A stretch of DNA of 51,330 bases, counting the filler, from Streblomastix strix (taxonomy: Eukaryota): NCBI GenBank assembly GCA_008636045.1. It is 3 parts of 3 records of this genome, joined end to end, with 100 filler letters (N's around TTAATTAATTAA, not from the genome) between each part and the next. Parts side by side here need not be neighbours in the genome. Positions count along the whole stretch, not along the records: positions 1 to 17,046 come from SNRW01000733.1; positions 17,147 to 34,190 come from SNRW01000734.1; 1 more part is not named here. One strand, written 5' to 3'. Below are positions 15,501 through 27,545 of this stretch, piece after piece. The notes beneath the pieces were generated by a model. The model worked only from the letters and a program-made list of their open reading frames with translations, ran no database searches and was not told the DNA's origin. Each line of letters opens with the position of its first letter. The first letter of the stretch is position 1. Both the position numbers and the translations under genes were made by a program.

Positions 15501-16290
15501 GAATAAGATTGAGCGCTTCAACTGAAATATAAGTATATTAATATAACATAAATTAGATATTTTTGATTAATTTATTAATATGATCGATAAATTACTAAAA
15601 TATATAAATATAAGCAAATGTGAATGATTAATTATTCAAATTCATACATATTTATCTTGCTATTATTTTAACTACATTTTCTGGAGTTGGTTCTTTTCTC
15701 TATCTGATAAATTTTTCAAGCGAACCCAGATTGGCATGTTCTTCAAAGAGAATAATTTTCCCTCGGAGTTTTTGAATAGATTTGTTGGCCACAATGTATG
15801 GAATTTGAGAAGATCTTTATGTATAAGAGAAAATAAATAAAAAATAATAAAGTTATTGTATGAAAATAATGAAATTTAAAAAAAATAATTAAATATTAAT
15901 TAAATATTAATTTATATTGTGATAATTTTCAAAGATTAAATTTGTACTAGATAGTTTTTTAAGCTTTAGAATATTCTTATTCGTCTATTATATCATCATC
16001 GATCACTCTTGCAATTGAAAATTCGCCGTTTGCTTATTTAACAAGAAAAACACTGAAATAAAAGAGAAAAAATAGTAAACAATGTTCAATACACAACAAT
16101 TAAATCCCACCTTTCCAATTGCCCTTTATCTAATAAAATTAAGTATAAATATAAATTAATTTAAACAGAAGAATAGTAACATTAATAGGCAATGAGTAAG
16201 AAAAATAGACAGCAAACCGAGTGTTTCAATCACTGTGCATCGACAAGGTCCATTGAGTATCTGAGTGGCCTCATCGGTTGCACTATTCAT
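1688..16290 (-). CDS. Giant (~4,200 aa) multi-exon protein: N-terminal degenerate kinase (pseudokinase) domain, long Q/E/K/S/N-rich low-complexity and coiled-coil body, helical C-terminal region
   Basis: ATG at 16290 (MNSATDEATQILNGPCRCTVIETL). Kinase-like order: DKGQLESVFLVK, FSIARVI, IILFEEHANLGSLEKFI, EALNLIHSTNLFHRPIHSKDIVL, CKLIGVG, KEVLAHPFF. Splice phases at 9570-8824 and 1882-1804 are consistent with one gene; stop TGA 1688-1690. Not every codon of the two very long exons was checked. Confidence 0.65.
3233..3268 (-). repeat. (AATGCA)n coding repeat, Asn-Ala dipeptide run
   Basis: (tttgca)n on + strand inside the giant CDS. Confidence 0.8.
12502..12585 (-). repeat. (AAT)28 microsatellite encoding poly-Asn within the giant CDS
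   Basis: Perfect (tta)n on + strand; flanking frame DSPSVSKDNQTS-N(n)-ANTLVENAVESPP fixes the codon as AAT, not TAA. Confidence 0.85.
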
Positions 16291-17046
16291 GTTCTGTAAA
16301 AGTAGAATTAAAAAAATAAAGATTGTACATTATGAGCATATTAAAATGAATAAAAAATTAAAAAAATTGGCAAGTAAAATTACGAACGAAGAATAAAATA
16401 AATTGGTTGTTATGATAATTAACGAGTTTAAATTTTTGCAAATATAAAGTATAAATGTATTATAATGAAAATCAAAGTTAAAAGGATGGCTGTTCGCTAT
16501 TTTAATTTAGGTGTAAAAACCAGTTCGTTTGATGATGCTAATTACAATATTTTAAGGCAGCTAAGTGTGGTTGATTCAATTTCCGGCAAGAATCGTCGTA
16601 TAAAATAAACTCTTCTGGCCAGGCAAATCTTTAAAATCAATTTTTTAATTAAAATAATAAATCGATAATACAAATATTAGAGATGATTGAACTACTATTT
16701 ATGATATTATTAATTAATATTATGATGATTTTTAATTTCAAATAAATTAAAGGCACCTCTATTAAAATTATTATATTTTCGATGTTTAAGCTTAATCTAT
16801 GTAATTTCACAAAAGTTATTCTACAAATTATTATCAGTTTTAGATTGATAAATTTAATTACTTCATTTAATTTGGTTAGAATATTTTGTAAAAAAAGATA
16901 ATTTGTAAACTTTAGTACGAACATAACCTTTAGTTAAACTTTGGTTCTTTCTACTATATTTACTTAATAATTATAAATTTAATTCAATTATTCTCAATTC
17001 TAATAATAATATAATGGTACTATCCTTGGACTGTTTCTTCTATTTT

Positions 17047-17146
17047 NNNNNNNNNNNNNNNNNNNNNNNNNNNNNNNNNNNNNNNNNNNNTTAATTAATT
17101 AANNNNNNNNNNNNNNNNNNNNNNNNNNNNNNNNNNNNNNNNNNNN
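17047..17146. other. Artificial contig linker (N44-TTAATTAATTAA-N44)
   Basis: 100-bp spacer with a six-frame stop cassette; flanking contigs are 17046 and 17044 bp. Confidence 0.97.
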
Positions 17147-17787
17147 AATAAACATATTTAGCGTATTCTAACTATGCGAACAAATTAAATTTATTCAAAT
17201 TGTTTTTATTGTTGATATATTAAGCGTGAACATACAAATGTTCAGAAAAGAATGAATTGATAAAAATTGATTTAGTGTTGTGCGCTTTAATTCTCATTAT
17301 ATTTCGATATAAAGATAATGGTTGATATCGATCTTACAGATCAATTAGAAAATAAGAAGCAAAAATTAAACAAAGAAAAGTACTTGCATAAGAATAAAAG
17401 ACAAAAAGATTAATAAGCAAATTTAAAAGTGATTAAAATGTGATCAAAAAAATAGGCAAAGTATGAGATAAAATATAAAAATTGAAAAAAATAAAATAAA
17501 ATAAAGTAAAATGAAGTGGAACACTCATAGTTGGGTGAAATGTGTCTTTTTTGTGAATAATTGAAGGAGTAAATATAATTATTAAATATATATCATTTAA
17601 CTATCTAAATTGAATCTGTGCTAGCTAATGGGCATTAATCAACTCTAATATTAATAATTTTCATATAATTTTCATATCTACTTCATTTTTCATATAATTT
17701 TCATTCTTTAATTCATTTTTCATATAATTTTCACTCTTTCTTTTCTCATAAACCAATCCTTTCCCAATCATTTCAACATCAATTTCC

Positions 17788-18938
17788 TCAATCCCCAATA
17801 GCTTCGTTTTTCCCACCCCCAGAAGCATCTTTTTCTTTCTCCTTCTAATTCTCGCTCTCACCTTGCTTATATACCTGCTCATCCTCCGGAATTCCCTCAA
17901 GTGACGTCGGCGGGTGCTCCACGAAGTCGATAAAGCCGTCTTAGTACTATAAGCCATACACATTCGGTTCGTCTGGATTTTCTTCTTCGTCTTCTTCGGC
18001 TTCGTTTCCGTCGCCGCTTCCTTGGCCTTGGCTTTCTTCGCTCAGGGACCTCTCTTTGCTGAAGTCGGAGTTCTTGGACAGCACGGGCGAGGCGTTCGGT
18101 GAGAGATGCGGGTTTGTTGTGACTACTGGTTTAATTCCTTTGTTCTGCTCATTTTCAGCTTTTGTGGTGCTTAAGTGCTGCGCGAAAGACTCGCTGCCAA
18201 ACTTCTCAGGGACTAAAGGGGGTGGAGGCACTGGTGGAGTAGGTTTGTTGTATTTGGGTATTTTTGTGGGCCTCTTGCGCTAGTCACGGATGGACCCTTT
18301 TCTTATGAGAATTTCTCGGTATGCGCTGGGAATCCGCTGGGAGACGATGGAGGAGGTTGCGAAGGTGTGCCTACGTGGACGGCCGGTTTGGTCGAAGCCA
18401 CTGAGTGTTTTTGTGTTGATGTAGATAATTTGCTTGTACTGCGACGGGTGTGCGAAAGTTGAAGTGTCCTCCATCTGCAGCGATGACTTGGGGAGGTTGC
18501 TGTTTTGATCAAATTTCAGCTTTTGATATTGTATATGCTAATAGCTGCCAGTAAACATGGAACGTGACCGATTCTCACGAATTTGCTAGTCGATAAACAT
18601 TTCTTGTAAAGGTGGCGGAGCTGAAGAACAAAAGCAATTCGTGTTTGGATAATAAAAATAAAATCAGTAAGAAGTAATGCAAACCTATGGGAGGTATTCG
18701 CTAATTCGGAGAAGGTGAAGGGGATGGATGCAAATCATCAGCTTTAAAAAAAAATAAAAAAAAACGGATTAAAAGACGTATGAGTAAAATAAAATGTAAT
18801 ACAATTACTGTCTCGTCTATTAATTTCTGCGTAATTAAAAATACAAAATTACAGCCAAAATATAACAATAATAAAGCCAGAAAGTAAGAAATTCAAACCC
18901 TGCTCGGGCACGGTTGTCTTACTGTCTATATTTGTCAT
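17788..18938 (-). CDS. Hypothetical Pro/Ser-rich protein (about 3 exons), GC-rich relative to the background
   Basis: MTNIDSKTTVPEQ|ADDLHPSPSPSPNQRIPPI|APPPLQEMF... Two track ORFs (18280-18474, 17947-18231) join into one frame when TAG=Gln; ends ...GKNEAIGD-TGA. Confidence 0.7.
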
Positions 18939-19778
18939 TTTCAAGGTAGATCTAATATTTATATTAATAACGTATAAAAATTTTATAATAAAATGCAATA
19001 TAAACCGAATTTTTTGCTCGCTGGTCTCCAATCGTGAAAAATGAAAAATTAATATTTCGGATCTATTGAAATATCAAATGATTCGATTATTAAATTAATT
19101 TAAAATTAATTTTAAAAATGTTAAGTCAATCATTTTTTTTCTTTAAAACTATTTATTTTAGAATTTTTTTTTTAAATTTATTTACAGTTAAATAGTTTTA
19201 ATAAAATGTTGTTTATTATTTGTAATATTGTTATATGTTAATTTGAATAAATTGCAAAGTTACATTTTAATTATTTTAATAATTTTTTTTATTAATAATA
19301 TTTTTTGAATGTTGTTATTGTGTTATTATTATTTTTTTGTTAAGATATAAATTTTATTAGTTAATAATAAATATTTATCAAATATTAAATTTTTATTTAC
19401 TTTTTATTTGTTATACATAGAAATTTTTTAAAATGCTTAATTTGTTTCTTTTAATTATATATTTTATTAAATAATAATTATTCTAAATAAAAAATTTGAA
19501 AAGAATTAACATTATTTTAGATAAATTTTTATAATATGAAAACTTTTTCAGCTTCGTATGTTTGAAAAAAATTCATCTTGGGAAAATTGAAAAATACTTT
19601 CAATGTCAAGATTTTAAATAATGATTATGACAAATATATCATAGATATCGAAAATTTGAATAACTTAAATTTTATGACTTTTATATTTATATCGATAATT
19701 TGGGAAGATAAAAATTATTCCTCAACAAAAAAATTTACATGTTTATTTTTGAAAAATTTAACTTCATTTAAAAAAAAT

Positions 19779-19871
19779 CGCGGTTTGTAGGATTCGAACC
19801 TACGCGGGGAACCCCAATCGATACCTTGAAATTTTCAAGTCGATCTCCATAAACCACTCGGACAAAACCGC
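19779..19871 (-). tRNA. tRNA-Ser (anticodon TGA) with an 11-nt intron at position 37/38
   Basis: Acceptor GCGGTTT/AAACCGC plus G discriminator, D-arm GTCCGAGTGGTTTATGGAG, anticodon stem ATCGA/TCGAT with loop CT-TGA-A[AATTTCAAGGT]A, long variable arm GGGG-TT-CCCC, T-arm GTAGGTTCGAATCCTAC, downstream T-run Pol III terminator. Confidence 0.93.
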
Positions 19872-22091
19872 ATATCTTAGATGAATTATAGTTGGAGATT
19901 AAATCTATGAAAAATGAATTTTAATTATTTGTTACAATATTGTATTTCAATGAGAAAAATAATGTTAATAAATAAATATTTTTGAAAGTTTTTTAAATTA
20001 AAACTTCATTTCAAGTAATAAAAATTTAAATGTCAGAAAATATTTATAAGAAAATCGGTAAATCAACTCAAAAAAGTAAATTAATTGTTTAAAGATATTG
20101 ATTGTTAATAATAAATTGTTTATTTTATTATTAAAAATTTTTATTAAAAATATTAATCATTTATTAATGTAATTTTCTTCCTTTAACTATTCAAAGAAGA
20201 ATTCTTGATAACAATTCAACTGCTTCGGATTGTCTTCTTTATTTTTTTATAATTATAACTTTTCTTTGCTTCCTAAAAATATAGATCAAATTTTGATTTC
20301 AACGCTATCACAAATCATATATTTTTTTTATAATTATATTTTTTAGAAAATTAAATAAAATTATAATTAAACAAAAAAAACTTCTGGGATCTGTTAGATA
20401 ATCTCGGTTTTGTTCAAACATCTATACACCTTTAAGTTATATATAACTGTATTTATTAATATTTAAGATTTTTTTTTTAAAATTACTTCTTAATTAAAAA
20501 TTTATAATATCAATTTTTTTTGATTTTATTAATTAAATTCAATAAATATTTTATATGAACTAAAAATCATACTGAAAAAGAAAAATATATTACAAAAAGA
20601 ACATAAAATATATTTAGTAGAATTGGTTAAGCTGATATAAAGCCCAATTTATCTTTATGTAATCAATACTTGTTGTATTTTTCATAAATAATTTCAGATA
20701 TTCCATCAATCTTGCAGATCACAGTGAATCTTTATAATTAAAATAATTTGAATAATTCATAAATTAATAATTCAAAAAATTCAGTTAAAAATATTATTGG
20801 AATTAATCAATACAATAATTCTAAAATCAATTCATAAAATTTTAATATTATATTTAATAAATTAAATTTTTAAAACTATTAAAGGTTTTCAATTTTGAAA
20901 CTATAATAATCAATATCTTAGAAATAATTTTAACTTAGCTTAATTTATTAAATTATGATATCATTTATAATTTTAGTGTCAAAATTCAATTTTTAAGTTA
21001 TTCAATATATTCATCTAGAAATGCAATAGAATAAAAATTCAAAAATTTTAAGAGATTAATTAAAGAAACTAAAGAAATATTAAAACATTTCATTAAAGGT
21101 GGAAAATAGCAGTATGTTATACGATTTTTCAACAATAACAATTGAAAAATTTATCTAATGCTTTCTGACGGAATAATAAGATGATGGTTATTAATCGAAA
21201 TTGGAAGAGAAAGATATATCAAATCAATACCATGATATTGATGGATTGATATTAGAATAATCAACAAAATATGTTATCTCATTTTCTGCAACAGATTGCT
21301 AAGATTTCAGAGATCTCAAAGATGCAGTAATTCAAAAGTCGCAGAAAAACCAATTGATTCTAAAGATTGCATCATTGCAGTAAAATCACGAAAACATTAT
21401 ACATAATCGGTTAAGCAATTCAGAAAAGAGTTCTGCAGTTTCATTATAAACTGTAATAAGGAGTCTTTTGCAATAATTGCAATGGATAATTCATCAAAAG
21501 ACCATAATTTGCAAATTATGATTACAAAAAATCAACTATCCATTTAAGAATTTAAATCTCAATTTCTTAATTGAACCTTTTTTTTTAATATAGATTTTCT
21601 ACTCTTGGAGCATATTATATAGGTATTATCACTCCATTTTTAATATAATTTGCCGCATTCATTAGAAATTCTTCAAATGCATAATTATCAAAATTTTAAA
21701 TTGATATCTATGATTATTATACAAAAAATTTGTTCATATAATTCAAAATACCCGAAAGGCAAAAGAATTAAGAGGAAAAAAAATAACAACTTTTATTTTA
21801 TAAATATAATTAATAAATGAAAATAGTCAATAAAATTGAAGGTATCGATATTGTAAAAAATTCTTGAATTTTGAATTCTGTATTTCTAGCTCAAGATCCT
21901 CCATTTCATGTAGATGTAAAGCTCCTAATATTGCAATTAATATTAATTTAGACCATGAAAATTGAATATATTTTTAAATCACAAATGTTATTTCTAATGT
22001 ACTCATTACATTCGTGCTCTAAAGAGTATTTAACTACATTTTCATATTAAACAAAAATAATTTAATGCTCATTGTTTTTTGGCATATTTTT

Positions 22092-24041
22092 TCATCCAGC
22101 TCTAACCATTGTTCCTCCCATTTCTCCAATAACTTCTAAAGTTAGAACTTATGGATCAGGTGCATCATCAAAAGTAACTCTAACAATAGCATCACAAAGA
22201 TAATGCATCAATGGTGTTATTTATGCAGTTCTAGGATTTGGATGACTTCGTGTTGCACAAAATATTTGGTGATTATTCTGGTTCTCTCCTGGATAAAGTA
22301 ATGAATTTTCATTGATTTCAGGAGTTAATCTGCATTATAACTTTACTTGAATATTAGTTCATGCATCCATTTTAGATGAATTGTAGCCTCTCAAGAATGA
22401 ATCATCTGTAGCTATCTTTCATGTATGCATGAATTTATTTGGAAAATAAGCTTTCGTTGCTTTTCTTCCACTGAATAACGTTGTTTCATAGAATTTATTT
22501 TCTCTTTCTATTATTCCTGTACCAATTTTACATTAATAATCTTTTTCTGATTCGTTTATAGATTAGTTTTCAAATGTTAATAAATGATATAAATCTGATG
22601 GTACAGCAACTAAGTCTTAATCAACAAAACAATCAAACATTTAGCCACAAACCATTGGATTAAGTGAAGTGTAAGCTTCTGGTACTAGATGACACTAATC
22701 AATTATTAAATCAAACTTCTATAATAAAACAGGAAAGAACCAAGTAGGATATTAGTTCATTGCAAATGTCATATACATTGCTTTGATATTAGCAAATGAC
22801 ATTATACTCTATAAATTACCTCCATTTTCATCAAAACAATAGAAAGGAAAATATATGGATTTTATATGAATGATTAAAATAGGGAAGTTAATTATTTGTT
22901 GTGCTCAAGTTAGATCTTTAAAAGCATCTTCATTCTCAAAATTGAAACTTATAATGTTTATGTCTAATTTATCAAATTTTGCATTATTTATCTGTGAAAT
23001 CGTATTGGTTGGAAATTTTTCAGTGTTTGGTTTTCCATCCATATTAACAATTCTAACAGTATATATATTATATGCAACATCATCACGATTTCTTTGGAAT
23101 ATTATATCTGGCTTCTCTGGTGGAATCATTTAATATGCAAGATGTTCATTTGTCTCCATATTTGTCTAGTTTAATCATACAATCTTCAGATCTTATAATA
23201 AATCTTATGTCTGTAACTACAGATATAAAGCTGCATAATTACGTGCTAAACCAGGAAATGAATTGAAAATTGGATTCAATAGATTTAAATCAGGTACTCC
23301 TGAAAATGTTATTGGATATGGTATTTAATAATTGAATCTATCTGCTGTTGCACTGAATGCAGCTACTGGGATATCAATAAGTATTCCACAATGGCTTTTT
23401 CCAGCTGCTATTGATTCTAATGATGATACTCTTACAAAATTTTTGGTATATAAGTCAGATAATGAATTTGCTGAGATCACTGCTTACTCTCTTGCATAGA
23501 TTGATGTATCTCATAGTTTTGTATTATCTTTGCAAATAGCAAATTATTAAAATGGACCACAAGCAGCTGAATATCCATGCCAAAATTTGATATATTCTGA
23601 AGTATTATTTTGTTATTATGTATCGCCATCAGCTCCAGCTGCCATTGTTAGTAAATAGTTAAATGTATAATCAGCATTTCCTGTAAAATTAACTTTTTAT
23701 AATGCAGTTGCCGCTCCAGCTACAGCAGTTTAATCAGATTTATTAATTTATAAAGATAACCTACTTGCTGGAATCGTTATTTACCAATTAATCTAGCAAG
23801 TTTATACCATTGAACATATGCCACTTCATCTAGCACCTAATGGTGCATGGGTATATCTTTATCCATCATTCGATAATAGAGTAACTGGTTGATCAAAGAA
23901 CTAAACTCTACTTATAGAAAAACTTTATGGATGAATTGATGCAGTTCTTAAAACTTCATTCAATGCAGAATATGAAGAAATATAATCAGAATGTTATGCT
24001 TATGTGAGCATTTAAAGATAATTACTTGCAGAGAAACTCAT
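22092..24041 (-). pseudogene. Putative Polinton/PLV major capsid protein gene, copy 1 (649 codons, intronless, six internal TGA, no frameshift)
   Basis: MSFSASNYLQMLTQAQHSDY...FWHGYSAACGPFQQFAICKDNTKL*DTSIYAREQAVISANSL...MSFANIKAMYMTFAM...TPLMHYLCDAIVRVTFDDAPDPQVLTLEVIGEMGGTMVRAG*. Colinear with 34291-36000, which lies inside an element with a Polinton-type terminus. Capsid identity is inferred from size, beta-rich character and context. Confidence 0.6.
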
Positions 24042-24236
24042 TGTACTTGTATTTACTTATTTAAAAACTATCAATTTATATTTTTATTAATCAAAAATTT
24101 AAAATTGTTGATTATATTTATTTAGTTATATTTTATTTTATTAAATTTTAACCAGAAGCTTATATTCGTATTATCTTCACATTGATTCAATCCATTAGTT
24201 GCATATTTTTAATCTATTTTTTCTTTTTCTTTTATA

Positions 24237-25935
24237 TCACGATGTCCAAGCTTTGATGGTTGGAGACTTAACAGGATCAGCAATTAATTTCTTGAGTCTA
24301 TAAACAACGACATTGAACTGCGTTTCATTTGCTGAACTATAGCATATCTACATTAAAATTAAAAAGAAACATATATGATGAAAATATAATTGAATAAATA
24401 AGATTTTTTTAAAAAACTGTTTGATTGAAATTTATATAATCTTTTTTCTATTCGTATTTATCAATTTATTGATTCATACCCCAACTTTTAATATTGCTGG
24501 TATATTGATAACACAAACAGGTTGTTGTTGGAATGTGTGGAAGAAGAAAATGCGATGTGACTGAAATACAGATAAAAATATATATGAAATTTATTAAAAT
24601 GAATTGTTATTTATTTGTTAATTATATTTTAATAATCACACGATCATATCAACTTCCAAGCCTACAATGTCATTTACCGAAAATGATTTATTTCCGTTTC
24701 CATTTGTGGAGCTACCGTTCTAATAGATAGATCCACTTTAATTATAAATGAGTGAAAGAAGGAAAAAAGTATCCAAAAATAATAAACCTACTATCGTAAT
24801 CCAAGCTTTGTCTATTATTTCCCATGAAATTACTATTATTATGAGAAGGCTAATTATAATAATAATCATAATCCATAGTATTAATTAAAGAAAAAATAAT
24901 TTGAAAGATTGAATAAAATTAAAAGTATTTTAATGTAAAATAAATATACTTCAGCAACTCCAATAACTAAATAATAATAATAAAATGATATGAAAATAAA
25001 TATAATAATTAAATAAATAAAATATTCTCTCATTTTTATAGTAATTATTTTTCAATAATTATTTGTCTAACCCCATGAACCAGTTTTTTTCAATAGTTAA
25101 AATTAGCTGGAATATAAATATTAAATTAAAAACAAATCAAAATAATTTTATATTCATTTAAACTAAATAATTATTTCTATATTTCATACATTCTCCAAAT
25201 TCCTTCATTAAATACTTTATTAAGGAATATTGAACGTAGTGAAGAAGATGATATTGTTATTAAGTTTCCTACTTATGTAACACCTGTTGCTCCTGTTAGA
25301 TCGAAAGGGATTTATACTTATAAAATAATAATATATTAAAAGATATAGATAATAAAAAAATTAGATCAAAATATTAATTTGAAATAAAAAATATATTTCT
25401 AATGAAATTATATTAATGAAAAAAATATGTATTAATACATTTCATTCACATACTGAACTTTCCTTAATATTTTGAAATCCTGCATGCATTTGGAACTTAC
25501 TTTTCAGCGATGCTAATATAGTCATCAGATTCACTACTTGAACTGCTCTTCTCATCTGAATCTGAAGATGAATCAGAACTGGATTCATTACTTTCTATTT
25601 TATTGGAATTCTTCTTTTTTACTTCGTCTTCTATTCAAATAGAAAATGAATTAATAAATAAATAAATAAAATAGAAACAAACACAATATCTGGTGGAAAG
25701 GTTCACTACTCATTGATGCTTGTTCAGATGTCAGAGACAATGTAGAAGCCAATTAAGATTCAATACTTATTCCTCTCTCATGATCTTTGATTGCATGTTT
25801 CAGAGATCGAGCACTTTAAGCGAGTAAAGATGCAATACGTGTCTGACGTTCTTCACTAACACCAGACATATTCACACCAAGGGCTTCAAACACTTTCTAA
25901 GGATTCAATTGGACAGTTGCAAGAACTTCAGACAT
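24237..25935 (-). CDS. SPRY/B30.2-like domain protein, about 9 exons
   Basis: MSEVLATVQLNPQKVFEALG...; RSIFLNKVFNEGIWR, VIGVAE, GSIYQNG, SFSVNDIVGLEVDMISHRIFFF, QQPVCVINIP; ends KAWTS-TGA. Confidence 0.7.
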
Positions 25936-26026
25936 TCGAATGCAAGCAAAAACTGATAATAAAAGAAAAGTATAGAAGTAAAATTGATTTATTTTATATT
26001 GAATGATCGACTTAAGATAAATTTGT

Positions 26027-27545
26027 TCAGCTAATACATAGAATAGATCGTTAATTAACAGAAACAACAGCAAAGTAATATTAATATAAGATTGATAGTT
26101 TGAAATATTCTTTTGTACTTTTAAAAAAAAACTTAGATTGAAAATTATTTTTTGGGCTTGCATTAAAGAATATTTTGTGTTTTGATTTATAAAATTATTT
26201 ATTAATTTATTATTCAGAGTTTAATTTAATTATTATCGGATTTACTATCAAGTTGAGATTATTCTGGATTAGTTTTCATGCCATCAGAATTACTATTTAC
26301 TGATGATTATTATTCATTTTCAATTTGGTTGCTATTTGAATCATTATTATTTGATGATTGTTATTCTGAATTAGTATAATTATCATCAGATTTATTTATA
26401 ACTTTTTATTATTCTTCTTCTTTTTCAGTTTGGTTTTCATCAGATTAATTAATAGCTTTTTAATATTATTCAGTTGCATTATTATTATCATCATTATTAA
26501 TAGTTTTAATGAATGGTTAATCAAGAACAGCATACATTCTCAGTGATAAAAACGCAACAATCTGTACAATTGAAGAAGTTAAAGGAGAAATATCAACAAG
26601 AACATTTTAAATCATAGTTATAATACCAGTTAAAACATAATTAATACTTGAATGAATTTTTTTATTTTGTATTATTATTAGATTCTTTCTCAGAATTGGT
26701 AAGATGATTGTAATATGTTTATAATCCTCCATATGTAAGTAAGATTATAGAAAATGCTGCACCAACAAATTAAAGAATTTAGGTTGAGTTATTATTGCAA
26801 TAATCAAAGTATTGTGAAGTTTATTAATTATCTGCATTATTAACAAATGAGCATTATATAGGCTGAGCAAATGTTGAAATCATTGGTATTTGAAGTAAAT
26901 TAATTACAACTGTAGATAAAATCTTTGATATCAACTGTAGAGTTTTTGGAATATTGGTATTATTCTTATTGGTTATAAATATAGCTGTGCTCAAAGCTAT
27001 AATTCCAAAGATCATAAATGAAAATATGGATGTTGAAACTACTTATCTATTACCGTTAGGAATATATAATGATGGAACTAAATAAATACTAAAAAAAAAT
27101 AGATATTTGTGAATATTATAAATAAACAAATTATAAAGTTACAAAAAAGTAGTCCATAAATATAATAATAAATTGGTAAAACAATATGTATTTGAATACC
27201 TGATTTACTTAAAGACTTCATAAAATCCAATGAAATTGATATCAGATCTTTTTAATGGAAGGAAAAATAATTAAATTGTTTATAGAACAATCAATACAAT
27301 ATTCAACATTTTTGAAATTTGGTTTTAATTCTATTATATAGTGAGAATAATTTGTGATTGGTAAAATGATAATTTTAATAAATACAAAGAAAAAATAATA
27401 ACTGTTTAGTGAAAGAGAAGAAAGAAGAAATCCTGGAAAAGAAAACAAAATAAATTTAAAGAGTAATAACAAAAAGTTCATACTTTTTATCTTATTTAGG
27501 TTTTTTGTCTTTAGCTACAGTTGAATCTTTCTCAGAGTTCTTCAT
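26027..27545 (-). CDS. Multi-pass membrane protein (3 exons) with an N/Q/D-rich loop
   Basis: MKNSEKDSTVAKDKKPKQDK|KISSFLFH...; hydrophobic segments LNIVLIVLQTIQLFFLPL, SIFSFMIFGIIALSTAIFI, ILSTVVINLLQIPMISTF, FVGAAFSIILLTYGGL, SSIVQIVAFLSLRMYAVL. Confidence 0.6.

Noticed and set aside
17091..17102. TTAATTAATTAA palindrome in both gaps
   Set aside because: Synthetic six-frame stop linker, not biological.
19810..19850. Opal suppressor or selenocysteine tRNA explaining the in-frame TGAs
   Set aside because: The TCA triplet lies in the intron; the structure fits a standard tRNA-Ser with anticodon TGA.
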